From UHGV virus genome UHGV-0209794: a stretch of DNA of 41,598 bases. One strand, given 5' to 3'. Position 1 is the stretch's first letter, and every line of letters starts with the position of its first letter. Shown piece by piece: positions 1-7,845 of the stretch. The DNA comes from a virus. Below the pieces are notes generated by a model that was not told where the DNA came from, searched no databases, and saw only the letters and a list, made by a program, of their open reading frames with translations. Both the position numbers and the translations under genes were made by a program.

Positions 1-15
1 ATCGACGAGGTAATT

Positions 16-249
16 ATGTTTAGGCGTTCTTATTTGCCTGATGATTTACCTCACAATCGAGCTTTGTGGCCAGAAGAATATCGCGAGTTAGAACAACTTG
101 ATTTATTAGCTAGTCGATTAATTAGACAGCTTAAAAATCAAAAAATACATAGAACGCGAGTGTTGGTGGAAATTGAAAAGTTGACTGAGGTACATCGGGA
201 GTTTTTTAGAGATAGGTTGAATTATTGGCGTGAGGTAATGAAAGCATGA
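16..249 (+). CDS. hypothetical phage protein (nin-like region)
   Basis: 77-aa ORF; its stop overlaps the next start (ATGA), so it is operonic with the MTase. Confidence 0.4.
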   Translation: MFRRSYLPDDLPHNRALWPEEYRELEQLDLLASRLIRQLKNQKIHRTRVLVEIEKLTEVHREFFRDRLNYWREVMKA

Positions 250-1049
250 GTAAGCATCAAATTAAACACCCCGTGATCCGTTATCACGGAGGTAAATTTC
301 GTTTAGCAAAATGGATATTAAGTTATTTTCCAGAGCATCGTTGCTATGTAGAGCCCTTTGGTGGAGTTGCTAGCGTCTTAATGCAGAAAGAACGTAGCTA
401 TGCAGAAATATATAATGATCTAGATAGTGAAGTTGTAAATCTATTCAAGGTATTAAGAGATCCTGAATTAAACATTAAGTTACAAGAGGCTTGCTTACTT
501 ACTGCTTATTCCCGTGACGAGTTTATGTTAGCTAAAGAGTTTATTGATAATCCATTAGAGAGAGCTAGACGTATGGTTGTTCGCGCTTGCATGGGGTTTG
601 GTTCTGCTTCTGGTTTAAACGGTAACTCGGGATTTCAGTCTGATAGTAAACGTGAATATTCAATCTACTCACATTTGTGGGCTAAATATCCTGAAAACTT
701 ATCTGCAGTTTGTCAGCGTTTGCAGGGAGTCATTATTGAAAATAAGCCGGCATTAGATCTGATTAAAAAACATGACGCCACTGATACTCTATTTTATTTA
801 GATCCTCCATATATGCCTGAAACACGAGTGAGTGGTAATCGTTATTACAACTTTGAAATGACTAATGGGCAACATCATGAGTTACTGCAAATTATTAAGT
901 CTGTTTCTGGAAAAGTAATTATCAGTGGCTATCACTCGAATTTATATGATGATGAATTATCAGGCTGGAGAAAAGTAACCAAAGAGGCTTGTATTTCTGC
1001 CGGTCGTGGTACCAAAATTCGTACTGAATGTTTGTGGATGAATTATTGA
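246..1049 (+). CDS. DNA N6-adenine methyltransferase, Dam-like D12 class (orphan)
   Basis: N-terminal YVEPFGGVASVL (motif I, FxGxG-like) and later LDPPYMPE (motif IV, DPPY). The order and length (267 aa) are typical of phage Dam-like MTases. Confidence 0.75.
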   Translation: MSKHQIKHPVIRYHGGKFRLAKWILSYFPEHRCYVEPFGGVASVLMQKERSYAEIYNDLDSEVVNLFKVLRDPELNIKLQEACLLTAYSRDEFMLAKEFIDNPLERARRMVVRACMGFGSASGLNGNSGFQSDSKREYSIYSHLWAKYPENLSAVCQRLQGVIIENKPALDLIKKHDATDTLFYLDPPYMPETRVSGNRYYNFEMTNGQHHELLQIIKSVSGKVIISGYHSNLYDDELSGWRKVTKEACISAGRGTKIRTECLWMNY

Positions 1050-1059
1050 GGTAAGATCA

Positions 1060-1398
1060 ATGGCAAAAACAGTAGCAGAACGTAAAGCGGAACAACGTAA
1101 ACGGCAGAAAGAATTAGGTGTAACTAAAATTGAATTGCTTGTAGATAATCAAGAATTGGAAATGATAAAGCGTAATTGTGTATTGCGCATGCCTGGTCGA
1201 GAACCGTATGGCATTATTGAATACCTACAGATGCTTATTCGGAAAGATGATGCTGAGTATAAAAAGCAAGTAGAGAAATTATCTAAACGTAAATGTAAGC
1301 GTTGTGGTGATATATTACCTGTTCAGCAATGTTGTATGTCAGGTGATTCCGAATGTTGGGTCACTAGTGGATACAAAGAGTTGAAACTGGTTATCTAA
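1060..1398 (+). CDS. hypothetical Cys-rich small protein
   Basis: 112-aa ORF with a C-terminal CKRCGD...CCMSGDSEC cluster (possible Zn ribbon). Tight spacing after the MTase. Confidence 0.4.
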   Translation: MAKTVAERKAEQRKRQKELGVTKIELLVDNQELEMIKRNCVLRMPGREPYGIIEYLQMLIRKDDAEYKKQVEKLSKRKCKRCGDILPVQQCCMSGDSECWVTSGYKELKLVI

Positions 1399-1475
1399 CT
1401 CAACCTATTGTATTATTACAGTATTGGTCTGAACACCCAATCCTAAATATTTGCTGTGTCAACTGAGAGTTAAGT

Positions 1476-2069
1476 ATGGCACAGCATAGCTTTATCAAAA
1501 TGTCTAACGATACTCTTGTACCGGCTAACCCTGTTACGAGAGATTTTCTGCATTCAAAAATCAAGTGTGGTGATGTGCTTTCAGCTAATTTTAAGAAAGC
1601 TCGTAACCCTCGATTTCATCGTAAATACTTCGCATTACTCAACTTAGGCTATGAATATTGGGAACCAGTTGGCGGTACCATTTCACCTGAGGAGAGGGAG
1701 CTTGTGCGTGGTTACATCACATTCCTTTCGTATCACACGGATAATGCTGACGCGCTCTTATCAGCATCCGATATCTATCTAGAAGAAGTCGCACAAAAAC
1801 GTGCGCAAAATATCTCAGCAACAAAATCATTTGATGCTTTTCGCTATTGGGTTGTAGAGCAAGCCGGTTATTACGATACGTTTGAAATGCCTGACGGTAG
1901 TTTACGTCGTGTCGCTAAATCAATCAGCTTTGCAAATATGGACGACTTAGCATTTAGCGAACTCTACAAAGCCACACTCGATGTGCTTTGGAATTTTATC
2001 CTTCGTAAACAGTTCCCCACTCAAAAAGCTGTAGAAAATGCAGTATCTCAATTATTAAGTTTCACGTAG
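1476..2069 (+). CDS. conserved phage protein of nin-like region (possibly DUF1367-like)
   Basis: 197-aa ORF sitting between the MTase and nuclease/Q genes. The family assignment is from memory only. Confidence 0.4.
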   Translation: MAQHSFIKMSNDTLVPANPVTRDFLHSKIKCGDVLSANFKKARNPRFHRKYFALLNLGYEYWEPVGGTISPEERELVRGYITFLSYHTDNADALLSASDIYLEEVAQKRAQNISATKSFDAFRYWVVEQAGYYDTFEMPDGSLRRVAKSISFANMDDLAFSELYKATLDVLWNFILRKQFPTQKAVENAVSQLLSFT

Positions 2070-2080
2070 AGGCAAGACCA

Positions 2081-2392
2081 ATGATCAAATCAAAGACCAA
2101 AGAAGAAAGACAGTGGCTATCAGATGTAGCAGAACTGGGTTGTATTTGTTGTCGCAATATGGGGCTTGGGGCAAGTAGAGCGGAAATACATCATGTTAGA
2201 ACAGGGCAGGGAATGGCACAGCGAGCCAGTCATACAGATGTTTTACCACTGTGTCCGCCACATCATAGGGCATGTTATGAAACCGGCTTTCATGCATCAC
2301 CTAAATCATGGCAAGAAATTCATGGTAGCGAGATTGAGTTATTAGAACAGACTAAGCAAGAAGTAATGGAGTTACGAGCATGTCGAGTATAA
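2081..2392 (+). CDS. YbcO-like (DUF1364) putative Zn-binding nuclease
   Basis: 103 aa with a CxxC...HH...CPPHH pattern resembling DLP12 YbcO. It lies directly upstream of Q, as in lambda-type phages. The start codon is preceded by the AGAGGCAAGACCA motif. Confidence 0.5.
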   Translation: MIKSKTKEERQWLSDVAELGCICCRNMGLGASRAEIHHVRTGQGMAQRASHTDVLPLCPPHHRACYETGFHASPKSWQEIHGSEIELLEQTKQEVMELRACRV

Positions 2393-2913
2393 AGAGCATA
2401 TCAGATGGGTTAAAACTTGATGATGATCAGGTTGCATGGATCCAGCCTTGGTTATCAAAATTTGGAGCATGGGTATATTCAGGGAGGATAGAAAAAAGGC
2501 AAAGCAGTATTATTGCTGAATTTATGGCGACAGTAGAAAGGCGTGATTATCCTGAGCGAGAAATGTGTAATGACGATGACGGAATGTTGATTGCTAAAGT
2601 AGTCGATAAAATTTATCACATAGACAGAATAGCGTTTACGCTCTTGTTACTGCGTTATGCCTTCGGTAGTTCAGATCGCGCTATTGCTCGTTATTACCAC
2701 AATATAGCAAAACCGCGACAAATGATTAGGCGCAATAGAACGGTAGAATATAGAAAACCCTCGATGTCTACATGCCGAAGAGAAATTGAGGACATTATTA
2801 ATTCAGCCGAATATTTAATTTACCCACATTTAAAAGATGCATTTAAAAAACGAGAAAAAGAGTGGAAAAGTAAAAATAATAGCAAGAACGTGTTGACTTC
2901 TTTGAGCCAATGA
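2380..2913 (+). CDS. late-gene antiterminator Q-like protein
   Basis: Position (last gene before a strong intrinsic terminator and the late/lysis genes) and a C-terminal LLRYAFGSSDRAIARYY segment, which looks like an HTH/sigma region-4-like segment. Assigned by synteny rather than strong similarity. Confidence 0.5.
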   Translation: MSSIKSISDGLKLDDDQVAWIQPWLSKFGAWVYSGRIEKRQSSIIAEFMATVERRDYPEREMCNDDDGMLIAKVVDKIYHIDRIAFTLLLLRYAFGSSDRAIARYYHNIAKPRQMIRRNRTVEYRKPSMSTCRREIEDIINSAEYLIYPHLKDAFKKREKEWKSKNNSKNVLTSLSQ

Positions 2914-2920
2914 TCCACTA

Positions 2921-2949
2921 TTTAAGTATAAGTTGCCGTTTTTATACAG
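2921..2949 (+). promoter_or_regulatory. candidate late promoter (pR'-like) TTTAAG-N17-TATACA
   Basis: Hexamers spaced 17 nt apart, immediately downstream of the Q-like gene and ~10 nt upstream of the terminator hairpin. Weak match; TTGACT at 2893-2898 is an alternative -35. Confidence 0.2.
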
Positions 2950-2959
2950 TGACCAACTA

Positions 2960-2986
2960 ACCCAGCCTAAGTGCTGGGTTTTTTGT
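2960..2986 (+). terminator. rho-independent terminator (tR'-like)
   Basis: ACCCAGC-ctaagt-GCTGGGT hairpin followed by TTTTTTG. Confidence 0.65.
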
Positions 2987-3074
2987 ATCTAAAACAGATA
3001 AGGCTTGCTGTTTCCTTTGTTCAGAGTTACATGTGTGTTCGCGACTAATAACTGACCAAAGGTATTAAAATATC

Positions 3075-3272
3075 ATGTTAAAACATAGTGATATGACAGA
3101 AGAGGCAAGACTTGTTTTTGAAGTTGTTCCGCATACGAAAAAAGTAACAGCTGGCGAAGTTGCACAGTTTACTTATTTAACTGAGCCACGTTGTCAATTG
3201 ATATTAACGCAGTTGGCGATGGCGGGGCTAATCAAAGAAAATATCAAAGAAAACACATTCCAAAATATCTAA
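3075..3272 (+). CDS. small winged-helix-like protein
   Basis: 65 aa; the segment TAGEVAQFTYLTEPRCQLILTQLAMAGLIKE looks like a wHTH. Confidence 0.35.
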   Translation: MLKHSDMTEEARLVFEVVPHTKKVTAGEVAQFTYLTEPRCQLILTQLAMAGLIKENIKENTFQNI

Positions 3273-3414
3273 TACTGTGAAAATGGGCGACTGTAAAAGT
3301 GTTGGTAGCACCTTTACAGTCATTCACCCGTTCAGGTAGATCACGGACAAACTAAAGCCCACTGCTTATGTGCACAAAGCATAGTGAGCTTATCAAAAAA
3401 GGTTCTCCTGATCT

Positions 3415-4461
3415 ATGAAAAATACTGTGAATTTAAACAGTGTAAATTTAGTCAATGATGACTCACTCAGCTATATAAAAACACTTCCCGATAATTGTAT
3501 TGACTTAATCGCAACTGACCCGCCTTACTTTCAGGTGAAGTCTTGTAGTTGGGATAATCAGTGGGAAAACGTAACATCATATTTATCTTGGCTTGATGAA
3601 ATGCTTGCGGAATTTTGGCGAGTTTTAAAGCCTAACGGTAGCCTTTATATCTTTTGCGGTTCGAAACTAGCGTCAGATACAGAATTACTCGTTCGTGAAA
3701 GATTTAATATTCTAAGTCACATTGTATGGGCTAAACCATCAGGACCTTGGCGCAGGGCATGTAAAGCTGATTTACGCAGTTTCTTTCCAAGCACTGAAAG
3801 AATTTTATTTGCTGAACATTATCAAAGTCCATACAAGGGCAAAAGTAGTGCTTATCTTCAGCAATGCAAAGCGCTTAAAGAAAATGTATTTAAGCCTTTA
3901 ATTGAGTATTTTAAATCTGCACGTGAATCGTTAGGAATAACAGCAAAAGAAATAAAACAGGCCACAGGTAAACAAATGGCTTCACACTGGTTTAGTTACA
4001 GCCAATGGCAACTACCGAGTGAGTCTGACTACAAAAAACTGCAGGAGCTGTTTCATCGCGTAGCAAGTGAAAAGTTTAGTAGTAATCCTTTAAATCGTGA
4101 TCATACTGATTTGATAAAGGTGCAGGCTTCTCTTAGTCGAGAGTACCAAGAGCTTGCTGAACAATATCAATTATTGCGCCGTCCTTTTTCTGTCACCGTT
4201 GATGTTCCTTACACCGATGTGTGGACGTATCCACCTGTGCAATATTACGCAGGTAAACATCCTTGTGAAAAACCAGCTGAAATGATGGAACACATTATTC
4301 GCTCAAGCAGTCGCGAAGGTGATCTGGTTGCTGATTTTTTTATGGGGTCGGGTGCAACACTAAAGTCCGCATTAAAGTTAAATCGTCGAGTTCTTGGAGT
4401 TGAACTTGAGAAAGAGCGATTTGAACAAACAAGAGTGGAAATAAATAACATGAAGTCATAA
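3415..4461 (+). CDS. DNA methyltransferase, beta-class N6A/N4C (orphan)
   Basis: N-terminal DLIATDPPYF (motif IV) and C-terminal FFMGSGAT (motif I, FxGxG). The order IV then I indicates beta-class. 348 aa. Confidence 0.75.
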   Translation: MKNTVNLNSVNLVNDDSLSYIKTLPDNCIDLIATDPPYFQVKSCSWDNQWENVTSYLSWLDEMLAEFWRVLKPNGSLYIFCGSKLASDTELLVRERFNILSHIVWAKPSGPWRRACKADLRSFFPSTERILFAEHYQSPYKGKSSAYLQQCKALKENVFKPLIEYFKSARESLGITAKEIKQATGKQMASHWFSYSQWQLPSESDYKKLQELFHRVASEKFSSNPLNRDHTDLIKVQASLSREYQELAEQYQLLRRPFSVTVDVPYTDVWTYPPVQYYAGKHPCEKPAEMMEHIIRSSSREGDLVADFFMGSGATLKSALKLNRRVLGVELEKERFEQTRVEINNMKS

Positions 4462-4723
4462 AGCGGGTTGGCCGTATTTTACATGCTGATGTCATGATTC
4501 AGCCCCGAGTCTCCTAGTAAAGAGCCAGCTTTGCATCTGGTAAGGGTTAATAAGAAAAGAAGCACCGGTAACGAAGCATGAAAGCCAATCGTGCACTGGT
4601 TAGATCCCACAGGGAGCAGAGCCGAACTGGGGTTATAAACTCAAGGGCATGAGCGTGACCACTACGAGAGTGTGGTGAAATTTCATTTCCCATAACACAA
4701 ACAACTCGGACACTCCGTAGGGG

Positions 4724-4999
4724 GTGTATATGCGCATGGACAAATTAACCAATGCTACCTACGGAACGGCTGGCTTAACTGCCTTTTTTGCAAGTCTCTC
4801 ATTGTATGAATGGGGATTTGTAATAGGGATGGGATTCAGCATGCTCCTTGGATTAGCAACTTATCTGATGACATGGCGAGAACAACGAAAACGAACAGCG
4901 TTATTTGCTGAATTAGTTCATCGAAATTGTTCTAGTGATCCGCAAGACATAGAAAAGATAGTTGGCGAGATGCTGACTAAAGCTAAAAAGGACATTTAA
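4724..4999 (+). CDS. holin (likely pinholin partner of SAR endolysin)
   Basis: 91 aa with two hydrophobic TM stretches (GLTAFFASLSLY, FVIGMGFSMLLGLATYL) and a charged C-terminus. Immediately upstream of the endolysin. Confidence 0.6.
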   Translation: MYMRMDKLTNATYGTAGLTAFFASLSLYEWGFVIGMGFSMLLGLATYLMTWREQRKRTALFAELVHRNCSSDPQDIEKIVGEMLTKAKKDI

Positions 5000-5469
5000 T
5001 GAACCTAAAACAGAAAGTGACAGCAGTTGCGAGTGCTGGCGCTGTAAGTATTGCGATAACAGTGATTGGTTATTTTGAGGGTGTGCGTTATGAACCTTAC
5101 CGCGATGTTGCTGGAATTCTGACGGTTTGTTATGGACACACTGGAAACGACATCATTCAAGGTAAGACATACACACAACAAGAGTGTGACGAGTTACTGC
5201 AGAAAGACTTTATCAGAACGCAACAGCAAGTCGATATCCTGGTTAAAGTGCCGGTCGATGATAAAACAAAAGCTTCTCTATATTCCTTTGCTTTTAATGT
5301 GGGTACCACAGCTTTTGCACGTTCTACATTGCTAAAGAAATTAAATGCGGGTGATCAGTATGGCGCTTGTGAAGAAATGAAACGCTGGGTTTATGCGGGT
5401 GGAAAGGTTTGGCGAGGGTTAGTCAGTCGTAGAGAGGCGGAGTCAGCATTATGCAATGGAAGTCTTTAA
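4999..5469 (+). CDS. SAR endolysin (T4-lysozyme-like glycoside hydrolase)
   Basis: N-terminal signal-anchor-release segment KVTAVASAGAVSIAITVIGYF followed by an EG...D...T catalytic triad pattern (EGVRYEPYRDVAGILTVCYGHT), typical of P1 Lyz / phage 21 R. Confidence 0.75.
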   Translation: MNLKQKVTAVASAGAVSIAITVIGYFEGVRYEPYRDVAGILTVCYGHTGNDIIQGKTYTQQECDELLQKDFIRTQQQVDILVKVPVDDKTKASLYSFAFNVGTTAFARSTLLKKLNAGDQYGACEEMKRWVYAGGKVWRGLVSRREAESALCNGSL

Positions 5470-5609
5470 TCATCATCGTCGGTTTTATCCTTACATTACT
5501 CATCTCGGTCGCTGGTGGTATTTATATCTCAATTGATAATTCATGTGTTAATGATAAAGCCAGTTTAGAAAAGCGCTGTCAGATAGCTCTCTCACATCAT
5601 CGGTACTAA
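5451..5609 (+). CDS. small membrane protein (52 aa), unannotated ORF
   Basis: ATG at 5451 gives MQWKSLIIIVGFILTLLISVAGGIYISIDNSCVNDKASLEKRCQIALSHHRY, with one clear TM helix. It overlaps the endolysin 3' end and ends 2 nt before Rz. Confidence 0.3.
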   Translation: MQWKSLIIIVGFILTLLISVAGGIYISIDNSCVNDKASLEKRCQIALSHHRY

Positions 5610-5611
5610 TT

Positions 5612-6073
5612 ATGAAGCACTGGAAACTTTACATTGTCGTTGTGATGGTGGGGATTGTTGTTGGTGGTTGTGTACTGATTAATGCACAAACTAAAAGAAT
5701 TAACATACTGATAGAAAAGAACAAAGAACTTACTACAACACTCGAAGAACAAAAGGCTATCAATACTGAATATCAAGTGCGCATAGAGCGACTCAATCAA
5801 CTTGATACAAGACACACACAGGAGCTTGTTAATGCAAAGAATGAAATTAGTCGCTTGCGTGATCTTAGCGAGCGTAATCCTGAGCGGGTGTACATCAAAG
5901 CTGAGTGTCCAAAAAGCGCTACCACTTCCACCTCCAGCGTGGCTAATGCAACCACCGCCCGACCTACTGACACCGCTATCAGAAATTATTGGTTACTCAG
6001 AGAGCGAATAACACAGTCTGAGCAAATGATATTAGGGCTACAAGATTACATTAGGCAGGAGTGCGTAAACTAA
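5612..6073 (+). CDS. i-spanin (Rz-like)
   Basis: N-terminal TM (LYIVVVMVGIVVGGCVL), a coiled-coil periplasmic domain, and an embedded +1-frame lipoprotein ORF. Confidence 0.7.
   Translation: MKHWKLYIVVVMVGIVVGGCVLINAQTKRINILIEKNKELTTTLEEQKAINTEYQVRIERLNQLDTRHTQELVNAKNEISRLRDLSERNPERVYIKAECPKSATTSTSSVANATTARPTDTAIRNYWLLRERITQSEQMILGLQDYIRQECVN
5832..6011 (+). CDS. o-spanin (Rz1-like lipoprotein) embedded in Rz
   Basis: MQRMKLVACVILASVILSGC has a lipobox (LSGC), followed by a proline-rich mature part (LPLPPPAWLMQPPPDLL). It lies entirely inside Rz in another frame, with AGGAG 8 nt upstream of ATG 5832. Confidence 0.65.
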   Translation: MQRMKLVACVILASVILSGCTSKLSVQKALPLPPPAWLMQPPPDLLTPLSEIIGYSESE

Positions 6074-6549
6074 AGTTTATTTAATTTTTCTCTAATACGT
6101 TTTTTTATGGCTCTATATGAGCGCTGGTACTCGCGGGATTTAATTGCATCTCTACCATCAGCGCGTTTAGCACCATCGGGCAGTAAATTGTGCTCGATAT
6201 TAGATGCTCGTTCTGATTGTTCTGCTAAATCGAAATCTCTACGTTGTGAGCGCTCTGATCCAACTGCTAATTCTGTTGCTGTGGATAAATGGGAGTAATC
6301 AATTTTACCCTCATCAATAATTCGCTGTAATTTTTCTCTGTGTTTCTGGCGGTAGGCAACACCAGCTAGAGGTGTAGTGGCTGGGATATTAAATTTATCC
6401 CTATAATCACTCAGGGTCATATGATGAATTTTAGTGATGTGATTAGCGAGAAATGAAAAACGTTTCCCGCACTCCAGGCATTCAATTTTATCGTGAGCTA
6501 GATATTCTGCTAGCTCCTCGCGATTATTGATGCGTTTATTCGTCATCAC
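6070..6549 (-). CDS. Ros/MucR-family zinc-finger DNA-binding protein
   Basis: CLECGKRFSFLANHITKIHHMTLSDYRDKFNIPATTPLAGVAYRQ matches the Ros/MucR C2H2-like zinc-finger signature (CxxC...HxxxHH, MT..EYR.K). 159 aa. Confidence 0.6.
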   Translation of the reverse strand: MMTNKRINNREELAEYLAHDKIECLECGKRFSFLANHITKIHHMTLSDYRDKFNIPATTPLAGVAYRQKHREKLQRIIDEGKIDYSHLSTATELAVGSERSQRRDFDLAEQSERASNIEHNLLPDGAKRADGRDAIKSREYQRSYRAIKKRIREKLNKL

Positions 6550-7033
6550 TGCGACTCACAGTGTACCAATTGTTATCGTACATCAGGTAATTTTCATCGT
6601 CCCATGAGAATATTTCGTCAGTGTCGGTCGGCTCATTGTTACCAAATGTTTTTAGATCATCAATTTTGATTATGTCCTCAATTTTTTGAATATAATCATC
6701 ATCGGAGTTACGAATATAATCAGCTAATTCATTTAATGAGTTACATAGATCAGTGAGTGATTCGGCGTTATTTACAGCGTTAACTAATACATCTAATTCA
6801 GGGTTGTTAGTTTTCATAATATTGTTCTCAACGTTATAGATTGCTGTTTTAGTTCTATTTAGTTGTTCGTTTAACGCCTCAACAATACGATCTGTTGATG
6901 GCGCTCTAGCTGTTCCAGCAACAATGCGTCTGATAGTTCTGTCGCTCATATTCATCAGTTTTGACATTGGCGTTTGCCACTGGGTGCCGAAAATTAATCT
7001 ACCGGCTTGAATTAATTTTTCTCTATCGGTCAT
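6536..7033 (-). CDS. hypothetical protein with N-terminal HTH-like segment and acidic C-terminus
   Basis: 165 aa with SKLMNMSDRTIRRIVAGT (HTH-like) and a DE-rich C-terminal third. Overlaps the downstream gene by 14 nt, so operonic. Confidence 0.4.
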   Translation of the reverse strand: MTDREKLIQAGRLIFGTQWQTPMSKLMNMSDRTIRRIVAGTARAPSTDRIVEALNEQLNRTKTAIYNVENNIMKTNNPELDVLVNAVNNAESLTDLCNSLNELADYIRNSDDDYIQKIEDIIKIDDLKTFGNNEPTDTDEIFSWDDENYLMYDNNWYTVSRSDDE

Positions 7034-7072
7034 GCTGTCTCTCTTATTGCTCCCATTATCTCTAGGGGGTTG

Positions 7073-7456
7073 TTAAATGATTGGTGATAAATCTTCGTGA
7101 TGAACCCATGAGTTAGTTACACAGTCAAAATAAGGTTTTACTGATAACAGTTTGTACGCACTGGTGTTAGATATTTTCTCGCCGTGCATGTAGGCATAAC
7201 TGATGTTCCCAGTGTTATAAAACCCAATTTCTAATCCGAAAACGGCTTCTAATTTGTCGTAATTGATATACACACGACGTTTGCCGTAGTTTTCCCAAAC
7301 CGAGCAACCTAATTTAATTAACTTAGAGGTTGTTGATTCTACTGTGTGGTACAGGCTACGCAGGGCTAACATAAATGCGATGCGGTAGTCACCAACAACA
7401 GAAACTGTGCTTTTAGCGATTTTATGAGCTGATGTGAATAAAGCTGATTTGTTCAT
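7073..7456 (-). CDS. hypothetical protein
   Basis: 127-aa ORF, first gene of a three-gene minus-strand cassette between the lysis and packaging modules. Confidence 0.4.
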   Translation of the reverse strand: MNKSALFTSAHKIAKSTVSVVGDYRIAFMLALRSLYHTVESTTSKLIKLGCSVWENYGKRRVYINYDKLEAVFGLEIGFYNTGNISYAYMHGEKISNTSAYKLLSVKPYFDCVTNSWVHHEDLSPII

Positions 7457-7845
7457 TTTGAAACCCTCTGGTTATCGGTCGGGACCGTTCCCTTACCGTG
7501 ATTAAATAATATCACTGTCCTAATATTAGGTCAATAAATTTATTCGATATATTGTGATTTGAACCACAAATAGTTGCCTCACAATAGTGGGGGGGCCATA
7601 AGGCGTCGCATTGTCGCCGTCTCTTATGTTAGCCATGACCTGTTTTATTCTCAGCAGATAGCGCATAGTGAGAGTCAAAAACAATGAATACCGCCATTTT
7701 GTTATTTTTCGGTCATTATCAGCAACGTCAGCTGTAGGTAGAAGAAAGGGCGTGACAACCGGAGAGACGAGTACAATTCATAAGAGTCAATCACAAAGCC
7801 TATTTTAACGAATGGGCTTTTTAATAGGCTAAGGAGATAAACACA

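Noticed and set aside
3287-3319. 9-bp stem hairpin GACTGTAAA...TTTACAGTC upstream of the second MTase
   Set aside because: No U-tract follows, so it is not a clear terminator. It may be an RNA processing or stability element, but there is nothing to support a call.
4245-4451. 68-aa minus-strand ORF within the beta-class MTase gene
   Set aside because: Antisense to a motif-supported MTase ORF.
4462-4723. Possible tRNA gene in the spacer before the lysis cassette (a common location in lambdoid phages)
   Set aside because: No cloverleaf-compatible acceptor or T-arm sequences found on either strand.
5132-5335. 67-aa alternative-frame ORF inside the endolysin gene
   Set aside because: Overlaps the catalytic core of a well-supported lysozyme ORF.
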